A DNA stretch of 64,000 bases from Candidatus Colwellbacteria bacterium (GTDB lineage: Bacteria > Patescibacteriota > Minisyncoccia > UBA6257 > Colwellbacteraceae): positions 7,252 through 71,251 of the forward strand of contig DAIDMW010000002.1 of the NCBI GenBank assembly GCA_027448785.1. The letters are read 5' to 3'. The stretch's first letter is position 1. Every line of letters begins with the position of its first letter. Shown here one piece after another: positions 18,459 through 25,956 of this stretch. The notes beneath the pieces are model-generated. The model worked only from the letters and a program-made list of their open reading frames with translations. It was not told the origin of the DNA and did no database searches. A program made the translations under genes and the position numbers.

Positions 18459-20410
18459 CGGATGGCAAAACTGAACTTTCTCTTTAATTGGTTTATGATC
18501 GACGCTGCCTCCCTTTCCGCCTCCTCATCGCGCAACGTTTTATCCCATGCCTGAAAAACCAGGCGCAGGGTGAAGCGACGCTGGTCGTAATAGTCCGTGA
18601 CGTCGACGTCCCAAAGGTGCTCGGCCTTCGCGCGGTTTATCTCCTCCAATACGTCCCCCACGGGAACCGCGCTGTCGAATTCCAAAGAAAGGTCGCGGCT
18701 GATGGACGGATATTTAGGCAGCGCTCGGTATTCAAATTCCTCCGACGAGGCGTTTTTTATTTCTTCCAAATCCAGCTCCGCTACGGCGCGGCGGTCCCTG
18801 CCGTCAACCACACCGATGCGGCCGACGACGTTGTGGTCGATCTCAATCAAGGTCGATTCGCTCCCCGATGGGCGGAAAAATATTTCCGTTATCCCGAAGC
18901 TTAATAAAAGCTGGTTGACCACTCCTTTCAACGCGGGCGAAGCCGCCTTATCCTTGGAGCCGAAGCCGATCGTTAAATGAAAGCGCTCTCCGGCTGCACT
19001 AAAGACTTTTCCAACCTCGAAAATGCGCAGCTCGTCGAAGTGCCGAGAGTTGTCTTGCAGCGCCGCAAGCATGTAACTGGTCAGCTCTCCCCGCAAGTAT
19101 TTTTTGTCGCTGGCAATCGGGTTTTGGATCTCCAACAAGGTTTTCTCTTTCGGCGAAGAAGACCAGATCCAATCCGACGACGACCGGCCGAAAAAGGAAT
19201 AGGAATAGATTTCGCTGAACCCCAGATTGCGCAGGAAATCCCTGGTTCTCCTTTTGGCCACCAGTATATCGTCGGTTTCCGCGGGTTTCAGGGAGACGTG
19301 CGGGGGCCGCGACGGTATATTGTCGTACCCGTAGATGCGTCCCACTTCTTCGATCAGATCCTCCATTGTCTGCAGATCGCGGCGGAGAACCGGAGTCTGA
19401 ACGAGGAAGTCAAAGCGCTTGTTTTTGGATGTTAAAATCGCCATTCCCAGCTTCTTCAGTATCGCCGCCGCTTCATTCTTCCTAATGGAAACTCCGAGAA
19501 CGCTTGCCGCTTTTTCGGCGCTGAAGCCGATTATCTCGCTCTTGGCCGCCCTCGGATAATAATCGAGCGAGTCGATCACCTTCCCGCCGGCCAGCTCCTT
19601 TACCAAGTAAGCCGCGCGATTGGCGCAGTACTCCGCCAGCTCCGGACTGAGATCTCTCGAAAAGCGCGCCGAAGCATCGGTTACAAGGTTTAATCGTCTG
19701 GAAGTGGAATAAACCGACGGAGCCAGGAAGTTCGCCGATTCGATGACGATTTTTCTTGTCGAAGAGTCGATCTCCGCCTTTCTTCCCCCTTTTATTCCGG
19801 CAATCGCCAAAATTCCGTCTTTGTCGGCTATTACCAGATCGCCGGCGGACAGCTGGTATGTTTTTCCGTCCAAAGCTTCCATTCTTTCCCCGGCCTTGGC
19901 GCGGCGGACAATTATTTTTTTACTTTTGCCTTCTCCGGCAATTTTGTCGTAATCGAACGCATGCAGAGGCTGGCCGGTTTCGAGCATCGCGTAATTCATT
20001 ATATCGACGATCAAGCTGATCGGTCGCAAACCGCAAGTCTCCAGCCGCTTTTTCAGCCAAGCCGGAGAAGCCGATTTTTTTTCAAGAGAAAGAAGGACGG
20101 CGTCATACCTTGAGCAAAGCCCGGGATCCTCCACCTTAATCAAAAGGAGGTTGTTTCCGGATGGCACGTTGACCGCGCGGCCGAAACCGGCCGGAAGCGA
20201 AATCTTTATGTCAAAAATAGCCGACGCTTCCTTGGCTATGCCCCAGTGCGAAGCGGCATCGGCGTAGCGATTGGCCGGCAAAGAAATATCCAGGGCGTCT
20301 CCCTCCAATACCTCTGCCTCGAACGCCTTCAAATTAAGCTCTTCGACCAGTCTTTTTTTCGGCGGAAGCTGCGGTGCGAATTCTTTTAATAAAGAGTAGC
20401 TGAACTTCAT
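18455..20410 (-). CDS. pheT: Phenylalanine--tRNA ligase beta subunit (short, lacks N-terminal tRNA-binding OB domain)
   Basis: 651 aa. B3/4, B5 and anticodon-binding-like regions are present. Immediately downstream of pheS. Confidence 0.85.
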   Translation of the reverse strand: MKFSYSLLKEFAPQLPPKKRLVEELNLKAFEAEVLEGDALDISLPANRYADAASHWGIAKEASAIFDIKISLPAGFGRAVNVPSGNNLLLIKVEDPGLCSRYDAVLLSLEKKSASPAWLKKRLETCGLRPISLIVDIMNYAMLETGQPLHAFDYDKIAGEGKSKKIIVRRAKAGERMEALDGKTYQLSAGDLVIADKDGILAIAGIKGGRKAEIDSSTRKIVIESANFLAPSVYSTSRRLNLVTDASARFSRDLSPELAEYCANRAAYLVKELAGGKVIDSLDYYPRAAKSEIIGFSAEKAASVLGVSIRKNEAAAILKKLGMAILTSKNKRFDFLVQTPVLRRDLQTMEDLIEEVGRIYGYDNIPSRPPHVSLKPAETDDILVAKRRTRDFLRNLGFSEIYSYSFFGRSSSDWIWSSSPKEKTLLEIQNPIASDKKYLRGELTSYMLAALQDNSRHFDELRIFEVGKVFSAAGERFHLTIGFGSKDKAASPALKGVVNQLLLSFGITEIFFRPSGSESTLIEIDHNVVGRIGVVDGRDRRAVAELDLEEIKNASSEEFEYRALPKYPSISRDLSLEFDSAVPVGDVLEEINRAKAEHLWDVDVTDYYDQRRFTLRLVFQAWDKTLRDEEAEREAASIINQLKRKFSFAIR

Positions 20411-20413
20411 GTT

Positions 20414-21448
20414 TTAAAACTGGTTTATGATTCGCAGATCGTCGGAATAAAACAGTCTGATGTCCGGGATCTTGTATTTAAGCATAGCCAATCTTTCCAA
20501 GCCCACTCCGAAAGCGAATCCTTGCCATTCTTCTGGGTTGTATCCTGCAGCTTCGAAGACTTTCGGGTTGACCATCCCCGCCCCCATCACCTCCAACCAC
20601 TCGGATTTGCGGCTCTCGGCAATCGCCCGCAGGCTCTCGCTTTGTTTGCCTTTCCCTCCGACCAAGCGAACGTCGACTTCCAAGCTCGGCTCGGTGAACG
20701 GGAAGTAGCTGGGGCGGAACCTAAACTCGGTTTTCGGGCCGAACATTTTTTTCAAGAACTCCTCGATGACATACTTGAAATTAGCCAGGCCGATATCGCG
20801 TCCAACCATAAGCCCTTCCACTTGGTAAAAGTTGATTTCGTGGGAAGCGTCGGTCGCCTCGTAGCGGAAAACGCGGCCCGGGACGATTATCTGCAAGGGC
20901 GGAGTGTGCGTCTCCATGTAGCGAACCTGCATTGGACTGGTATGTGTGCGCAAAAGTTTGCGCGATCCTGAATCCTTTCCTCCCTTCAGCCAGAAGGTGT
21001 CCCACATCTCGCGCGCGGGATGGTTGGCGGGAATATTCAGGACGTCGAAATTATAATGCTCGGTCTCAACCTCCGGGCCGTCGATCACCGAAAAATTCAT
21101 CGAGGTAAAGATATCCACCACCTCCTTCTCCATCAACGTCAGCGGGTGCAGATGTCCGAAGGCGTGGCGGGCGCCCGGCCTGGTCAGATCAACCATCGCC
21201 TCCTCTTTAGAAGAAGCCAGCTCCTTTTCCTTGGACGCCATCATCTCTTCAATTTCTCGGCGCGCTTGCTGCAGCTCGGGAGCCGCTATTTTTCTCTCCT
21301 CAAGCGGAAGATCCTTCATCCCGCGCAGCATTAGCGCCAGTTCGCTTTTCCTGCCAACGTATTTGATACGCACGGCTTCCAGCTCTTTCAGATTATTGCA
21401 CGCTTCTATATCGATATATGCCTCCTGCTTGAGGGTTTCCGGATTCAT
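20414..21448 (-). CDS. pheS: Phenylalanine--tRNA ligase alpha subunit
   Basis: 344 aa with class II aaRS motifs (FRPSYFPFTEPS, GAGMVNP). Confidence 0.92.
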   Translation of the reverse strand: MNPETLKQEAYIDIEACNNLKELEAVRIKYVGRKSELALMLRGMKDLPLEERKIAAPELQQARREIEEMMASKEKELASSKEEAMVDLTRPGARHAFGHLHPLTLMEKEVVDIFTSMNFSVIDGPEVETEHYNFDVLNIPANHPAREMWDTFWLKGGKDSGSRKLLRTHTSPMQVRYMETHTPPLQIIVPGRVFRYEATDASHEINFYQVEGLMVGRDIGLANFKYVIEEFLKKMFGPKTEFRFRPSYFPFTEPSLEVDVRLVGGKGKQSESLRAIAESRKSEWLEVMGAGMVNPKVFEAAGYNPEEWQGFAFGVGLERLAMLKYKIPDIRLFYSDDLRIINQF

Positions 21449-21476
21449 ATTCTAAGTATCGATTAAAAAAAATTTT

Positions 21477-21503
21477 TTGACAATAAGCGATTTTAAATAT
21501 AAA
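21477..21503 (+). promoter_or_regulatory. Sigma70-type promoter for tRNA-fMet (perfect -35 TTGACA at 21477-21482; -10 TATAAA/TAAACT about 16 bp downstream)
   Basis: Sequence match 20-45 bp upstream of the tRNA 5' end. Confidence 0.5.
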
Positions 21504-21525
21504 CTGGAGGAGTTCCAAAAGACGC

Positions 21526-21596
21526 CGCGGGGTGGAGGAACGGTACCTCGTGAGGCCCATAACCTCAAGGAGCGGGTTCAATTCCCGCCCCCGCAA
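21526..21596 (+). tRNA. tRNA-Met, probably the initiator (anticodon CAT, C1:A72 mismatch)
   Basis: Cloverleaf: acceptor cgcgggg/ccccgca with unpaired C1-A72; D-stem gagg/cctc; anticodon stem tgagg/cctca with loop ccCATaa; T-arm gcggg-ttcaatt-cccgc. No CCA. Confidence 0.7.
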
Positions 21597-21665
21597 CAAA
21601 AAAAGCGCAAAACGAAAAGCGCAAAGCTTAAAACAAGATTTTTCAATTTTCGCTCTTTTGAGCTC
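21597..21665. repeat. Partial copy R3 of the palindromic repeat family (aaagcgcaaaacgaaaagcgcaaagcttaaaac ... ttttcgctcttttgagc)
   Basis: Shares the AAAGCGCAAA units. Directly abuts the 3' end of tRNA-fMet. Confidence 0.6.
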
Positions 21666-21697
21666 GCCGGCCTAGAAGCGCATCTATGGTAATTTCA

Positions 21698-21726
21698 GTT
21701 GAAAAAGAGGTTATGATTACGTATAT
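21698..21726 (+). promoter_or_regulatory. Sigma70-type promoter for tRNA-Met (-35 TTGAAA 21698-21703, 17-bp spacer, -10 TATATT 21721-21726)
   Basis: Good consensus spacing. The tRNA begins 11 nt after the -10 element. Confidence 0.55.
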
Positions 21727-21737
21727 TGTATTAGCCG

Positions 21738-21813
21738 GTCAGGGTAGCTCAGTTGGCAGAGCGAGGGAGTCATAACCCCTAGGTCGTGGGTTCGAGCCCC
21801 ACCCCTGGCACCA
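21738..21813 (+). tRNA. tRNA-Met (elongator-type; anticodon CAT, possibly Ile2 if lysidinylated), CCA encoded
   Basis: Acceptor gtcaggg/ccctggc; D-arm gctcagttggcagagc; anticodon loop gtCATaa; T-arm gtggg-ttcgagc-cccac; discriminator A plus CCA. Confidence 0.75.
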
Positions 21814-21824
21814 AAACAAAACGG

Positions 21825-21859
21825 CACGCGTCTGTAAGATGCGTGTTGTTTTGTTTTTT
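21825..21859 (+). terminator. Rho-independent terminator after tRNA-Met
   Basis: Hairpin cacgc-N11-gcgtg, followed by ttgttttgtttttt. Confidence 0.55.
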
Positions 21860-21985
21860 ATGGCAGTTGGCTCGAACCAGGAAGGTGTCGGGAAACCGGG
21901 AGGTTTCCTGTGGCGGAACACACAAACCGAGGGGTTTGTGGGAGTCCGCCGTCCGCCAACTAGCGGAGGCGGACGACGAGACGAC

Positions 21986-22008
21986 TTCGAGCCCCACCCC
22001 TGGCACCA
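21986..22008 (+). repeat. 23-bp exact duplicate of the tRNA-Met 3' end (ttcgagccccacccctggcacca; T-loop, acceptor 3' strand and CCA)
   Basis: Identical to 21791-21813. The two copies bracket a structured 172-bp spacer. Confidence 0.8.
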
Positions 22009-22208
22009 AAAAGCGCAAAGCTTAAAGCGCGAAATGCAAAATAACGAAAGCTCGAAATCATAATATCGAAATACGAAACAAATTCGAAATTACAAATTTT
22101 AAATCACAAACCCGTTTGTGTTTAGGATTTCGAATTTCGTGCTTCGAATTTGCCTAGCTGCTAGCCGTTGTTTTTAGCTTTTAGTTTTTAGTTTTGCGTT
22201 TTTCGCTG
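22008..22208. repeat. Modular palindromic intergenic repeat, copy R4
   Basis: Left arm aaaagcgcaaagcttaaagcgcgaaatgcaaaataacgaaagc; right arm gttgtttttagcttttagtttttagttttgcgtttttcgc. Inner motifs gaaacaaattcgaaattacaaat..cacaaacccgtttgtgtttagga and gcctagctgctagccg (the latter is the reverse complement of the R10 inner motif). Confidence 0.8.
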
Positions 22209-22221
22209 ATTGTCCTATAAT
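22194..22221 (+). promoter_or_regulatory. Candidate promoter for tRNA-Asp (-35 TTGCGT, 16-bp spacer, -10 TATAAT at 22216-22221)
   Basis: Perfect -10 hexamer 13 nt upstream of the tRNA start. The -35 is weak. Confidence 0.4.
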
Positions 22222-22234
22222 TGCCTTTGATCAA

Positions 22235-22309
22235 GCGGGCGTAGCTTAGCTGGCCTAAAGCGCTTCCCTGTCACGGAAGAGATCGCCGGTTCGAGTCCGG
22301 TCGCCCGCG
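22235..22309 (+). tRNA. tRNA-Asp (anticodon GTC)
   Basis: Acceptor gcgggcg/cgcccgc; D-arm gcttagctggcctaaagc; anticodon stem cttcc/ggaag with loop ctGTCac; T-arm gccgg-ttcgagt-ccggt. No CCA. Confidence 0.8.
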
Positions 22310-22496
22310 CAGCAATACCGGATAGGGCAACATTCTAAGTCCTGTGACGATCGTCACAAAATTTAAAATTTTTAAAGAATAAGAACGGAAATTATCCTTC
22401 TCCGCTCCTTTAGCTTATCAACAGCTGGCACTTGCTTTTATAGATGTTAGCGGTAAACTTAAGAACAGATTCTCCATAAGATTTTTTGTCGGCGGA

Positions 22497-22540
22497 GAGA
22501 AAAAAAGAAAAGCCATTGTGAGGATGGCTTTTCTTTTTAT
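22497..22540. terminator. Bidirectional rho-independent terminator downstream of gatA
   Basis: Hairpin aagccat-tgtgagg-atggctt, flanked by an A-run on the left and a T-run on the right. Confidence 0.6.
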
Positions 22541-22549
22541 TCCGCCAGG

Positions 22550-24001
22550 CTATAGCCTTTCGTAAAGGCGGCCTATGTCCAGAATATCCTTTTCCCGCCA
22601 GTGCTTGCCCATCAACTGGAAAGCAATCGGAAGTTTTCCTTCGCGCCCTCGCGCCGGGATCGAAATAGCTGGCAGCCCCGCTAAGTTGGCGGGGATAGTA
22701 AAGATATCCGAAAGATACATTTGCAAAGGGTCGCTAGCCTTCTCCCCTATCCTGAAAGCCGGCGTAGGCGTGACCGGAGTGAGCACCACGTCCACTTCTT
22801 TAAATGCCTCGTCAAAATCTTTCTTGATCAGACTGCGCGCTTTTTGCGCCTTGAGATAATAGGCGTCGTAATATCCGGCGGATAAGGCAAAAGTTCCAAG
22901 CAAAACCCTTCTTTTGGTCTCCGGCCCGAATCCGTAGCTGCGGTTATGCAAATAAAGATCCAGTAAACTCCGGCGTCCTGCGCGGGGCGGCGGCGAGTAG
23001 CGGAGGCCGTCATAGCGGGCCAGGTTCGTGCTAACCTCAGCCGGCATTATCAAATAATAAACAGCCACCGCATACTTAGTGTGCGGCAGAGAAATATTTT
23101 TAAAATTTATTTTGAGAGACTTTAAGTCCTCGACAACCTTCTCCATCTCCCGCCGAACTTCCGGATCCAATCCTTCGCCGAAATATTCGTCGGGAATGCC
23201 TATTTTTAATCCCCGTATCCTTTCCAAGTCGGGAACCGCGGTCAAATCGGAATAGTCGACATCGACGCTCGTCGAATCTTTCGGATCGATTCCGGCTATT
23301 GCTTGGAAAAGCATGGCCGCATCTTCGGCATTCTTGGCGATCGGACCTATTTGATCCAAAGAAGAAGCCATGGCGATAGCTCCGAATCTGGAAACGGCTC
23401 CGTATGTAGGCTTCAACCCGACCACTCCGCAGAAAGCCGCGGGCTCCCGGACCGAGCCGCCAGTGTCCGTGCCTAAAGCTCCGATAGCCAGATGCGCGGC
23501 AACCGCCGCCGCCGAGCCGCCGGACGAACCGCCAGCTACCCTTTCCAAATCGTGGGGATTGCGGGTAACGCCGAAAGCCGAGTTCTCGGTAGAGGAACCC
23601 ATTGCGAACTCATCCAAATTAGTCTTGCCTATAAAGATGGCTCCGTGTTTTTTCAACTTTGAAATCACCTCCGCGTCATAAGGTGCGTGATAGTTTTCCA
23701 AAATTTTCGAGGCGGCGGTGGCCGGCAATCCTTCGATCAAGATGTTGTCTTTTATAGCCAGCGGCACGCCGGCTAAAACTCCGGGGTCGTCTCCTTCCGC
23801 CAACCTAACATCAATCTTCGAGGCGGCTTCAAGAGCCTGATCGCGATGCAGGCTTAAGAAAGCATTCAGCTCCAAATTCTTCTCCTCGGCGAAATCAAAG
23901 AAAGACTTAGTAATTTCAAACGCGGAAAACGACTTGTTGAATAAGCCATCGCGGAGACTTTTAATTGTAAGATCTCTCAGGTTAAGCATTGCTTTCGCCA
24001 A
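22550..24001 (-). CDS. gatA: Glutamyl-tRNA(Gln)/Asp-tRNA(Asn) amidotransferase subunit A
   Basis: 483 aa with the amidase signature GGSSGGSAAAVAA. Overlaps gatC by 20 bp. Confidence 0.92.
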   Translation of the reverse strand: MAKAMLNLRDLTIKSLRDGLFNKSFSAFEITKSFFDFAEEKNLELNAFLSLHRDQALEAASKIDVRLAEGDDPGVLAGVPLAIKDNILIEGLPATAASKILENYHAPYDAEVISKLKKHGAIFIGKTNLDEFAMGSSTENSAFGVTRNPHDLERVAGGSSGGSAAAVAAHLAIGALGTDTGGSVREPAAFCGVVGLKPTYGAVSRFGAIAMASSLDQIGPIAKNAEDAAMLFQAIAGIDPKDSTSVDVDYSDLTAVPDLERIRGLKIGIPDEYFGEGLDPEVRREMEKVVEDLKSLKINFKNISLPHTKYAVAVYYLIMPAEVSTNLARYDGLRYSPPPRAGRRSLLDLYLHNRSYGFGPETKRRVLLGTFALSAGYYDAYYLKAQKARSLIKKDFDEAFKEVDVVLTPVTPTPAFRIGEKASDPLQMYLSDIFTIPANLAGLPAISIPARGREGKLPIAFQLMGKHWREKDILDIGRLYERL

Positions 24002-24275
24002 AAACCGGAGGCGTCTTCAGTGACTCCCCTTCTTCTGAGGAAAAACCCTCGCGCCCCAGCCCTTGGTATGACCAGCCGGCGGCATCGTCCCGGAAGCGGT
24101 TAACCAAGCTGGTTCCGCCGGACATCGGCTCAACCACTTCGGTTTTTAGCTCGTTTAGAACCTCAAAATAGCCGATTATCTCGCGCATACTGTCCAGCAA
24201 ACTAGCCTCTTCCCCTTCCAGTGAGACTCGAGCCAGTTCTGAAAGCTTTCTAATGTCGCTTTCCTTTAATTCCAT
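23982..24275 (-). CDS. gatC: Glu-tRNA(Gln) amidotransferase subunit C
   Basis: 97 aa, MELKESDIRKLSELARVSLEGEE..., GatC-like. Lies directly upstream of gatA. Confidence 0.8.
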   Translation of the reverse strand: MELKESDIRKLSELARVSLEGEEASLLDSMREIIGYFEVLNELKTEVVEPMSGGTSLVNRFRDDAAGWSYQGLGREGFSSEEGESLKTPPVFGESNA

Positions 24276-24320
24276 ATTCGCATCTTAGCACATCGCCAAG
24301 CCTTCCGGAACAGACGAGTT

Positions 24321-24361
24321 TAAAATAAAAGCGGCTTTCCTTATTTCAAGAAAAGCCGCTT
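24321..24361 (-). terminator. Rho-independent terminator after the orphan 173-aa gene
   Basis: Hairpin aagcggctt-N14-aagccgctt, followed by a T-run on the minus strand. Confidence 0.55.
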
Positions 24362-24401
24362 AGGACGATTGTTTTCCGACAGTGGAAGCAGGTTTCACAC
24401 T

Positions 24402-24923
24402 CTACCGCCTGCCCTTCGACTTGTATGAGCGTTGAGGTTGAGTTGAACGAGCAGCTCGCTGCCCAGCCAGAGGGAAGAGTTTGGTGATGGTTTCCGTGAG
24501 TTCGCTCGTCTCCTTGCTGGTAAAGCGCCTGATGGACTCGGAATCCCACTTGGGCTCGATCTGATCAAACCAGCTCGACACGCTCTCTTCCGAGACCGCT
24601 ACTCCCAAGTGACGTCCGATCCAGTACGGGACGAAGACCACCAGGTATTCAAAGATGTCCCCCGCCTTGTCGCCGGAGTAAGACGCCTGGAAGCCCGAGA
24701 GCTTCGAGGCCAAGATGACTCTCAACCCCTCCCAGCGATCGGAGACCGCCGAGTTGCCGAAAGAGTCGATTGCCGGACGCAGTCGGCGCTCTAGCCGCTC
24801 GATCCAGAATGCGATTCCGGTCTCGTGGTCCGAGTCCCGCATCTTTGCCCCCTCCTTACGTAAGAGCAGCGGGTATCTGTCGGTAAACGCGAATGGTTGA
24901 TGCTGAAGGGCCATTTTTCCCAA
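24402..24923 (-). CDS. Hypothetical protein (173 aa), orphan transcription unit
   Basis: Its own terminator lies downstream, and the tandem-repeat/hairpin region lies upstream. No family recognised from the sequence. Confidence 0.5.
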   Translation of the reverse strand: MGKMALQHQPFAFTDRYPLLLRKEGAKMRDSDHETGIAFWIERLERRLRPAIDSFGNSAVSDRWEGLRVILASKLSGFQASYSGDKAGDIFEYLVVFVPYWIGRHLGVAVSEESVSSWFDQIEPKWDSESIRRFTSKETSELTETITKLFPLAGQRAARSTQPQRSYKSKGRR

Positions 24924-25064
24924 GCCTCCTTTGGCTCAGATTGGACTTACATTGTATCACAGATTCGCGGACTGTGAAGTGGCCGCCTTCGACGCGACTA
25001 AGGGATTCTTCTCTGCTATTTCCGTATATCCTCGCCGCTTGTGGCGAGGTATCAACTTACAGTA

Positions 25065-25160
25065 ATCCTTCGCCGCGGCTCAGGATATTTTCGGCATATC
25101 CCCGCCGCGGCTCAGGATATTTTCGGCATATCCCCGCCGCGGCTCAGGATATTTTTATCT
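25065..25160. repeat. Tandem direct repeat, 32-bp unit ATCCCCGCCGCGGCTCAGGATATTTTCGGCAT x3 (copy 1 degenerate, copy 3 partial)
   Basis: Contiguous copies at 25065-25097, 25098-25129 and 25130-25156. Preceded by the related hairpin cctcgccgcttgtggcgagg (25029-25048). Confidence 0.85.
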
Positions 25161-25190
25161 ATTATTTCCACTTGCGACGATGTATTGCAG

Positions 25191-25226
25191 ATAAAAATAA
25201 AAAGGAGCCTCTCAGAGAGAGACTCC
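25191..25226 (-). terminator. Rho-independent terminator after the 3D-domain gene
   Basis: Hairpin ggagcctctc-aga-gagagactcc (9 of 10 bp), followed on the minus strand by tttttatttttat. Confidence 0.65.
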
Positions 25227-25236
25227 AGCCGAAAAA

Positions 25237-25875
25237 CTACTTGCACGGAATCGAACTCGGAACTCCCGTGGGAGCGGATTGCAAAATCCGAATCGCGATC
25301 GACTTGACCCCCCACTGCAAGGCGTCACCAGTAGTGGGAAACCAAATGTCGATTCTCCACCCCTTAATAGCTCCTCCGGTATCTTCCGCGTGGAAAATCA
25401 CTCCGGGGAACTGCGGGATCTCGACGTAAGATCCCAAAGGGATAAAGTTCGGATCAACAGCAATCTCACCCCAACGAGGTTGGGTCATCGTCGCTGTACA
25501 AGCGCCGGCAACTGAGGAATATCCTGTAGCTAGAACCTGGACGGTTCTGGACACGGGATATTCTGCCTGCACACTCTCCAGGGGTCTCGAGTTTGTTGCG
25601 GAATCTTCATCCGCTACTACGTGAGTCCGCTCCACCGAGACGATACGTCGAAAAGCGTTTTCGCGTAGGTCCGCGATAGCCTTTGATTGCATCGCGTGCG
25701 CGATTTTTACGATCGACTGATTTCCGACCGAAACTCGTGTCGTCTTCGGTCTGGAACCGAAACTGGAACCGGAAACAGAAGTCAGACCAATCGCCGCGGC
25801 GGCAATCAATCCAACGACTGCGCCGAGCTGCTTAATCCCCTTCTTCACTCGGGTTACCTCCTTGGCCCATGCCAA
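25237..25875 (-). CDS. 3D-domain protein (MltA-like cell-wall-binding / lytic transglycosylase fold), membrane-anchored
   Basis: N-terminal signal anchor. The C-terminus VLATGYSSVAGACTATMTQPRWGEIAVDPNFIPLGSYVEIPQFPGVIFHAEDTGGAIKGWRIDIWF matches the 3D-domain pattern (YabE/YuiC-like). Confidence 0.7.
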   Translation of the reverse strand: MAWAKEVTRVKKGIKQLGAVVGLIAAAAIGLTSVSGSSFGSRPKTTRVSVGNQSIVKIAHAMQSKAIADLRENAFRRIVSVERTHVVADEDSATNSRPLESVQAEYPVSRTVQVLATGYSSVAGACTATMTQPRWGEIAVDPNFIPLGSYVEIPQFPGVIFHAEDTGGAIKGWRIDIWFPTTGDALQWGVKSIAIRILQSAPTGVPSSIPCK

Positions 25876-25956
25876 ACTATTAAGGAACTAGAATCCTTAT
25901 AGCAGCAAAAAACCGCTTTGTCAAGTGCCGGAGCGGGTTTTTCGGCTTTTAGCCGC

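Noticed and set aside
21840-22008. tmRNA, SRP RNA or other known structured RNA ending in a tRNA-like 3' end
   Set aside because: There is no tRNA-Ala-like 5' acceptor partner, no resume-codon/tag reading frame and no SRP domain IV GGAA/AGCAG motif. The 3' end is an exact copy of the neighbouring tRNA-Met, so a duplication or att-like scar is more parsimonious.
25065-25160. Possible CRISPR array
   Set aside because: The 32-bp units are contiguous tandem repeats with no unique spacers. There are only three copies and no cas genes. I call it a tandem repeat or iteron-like array instead.
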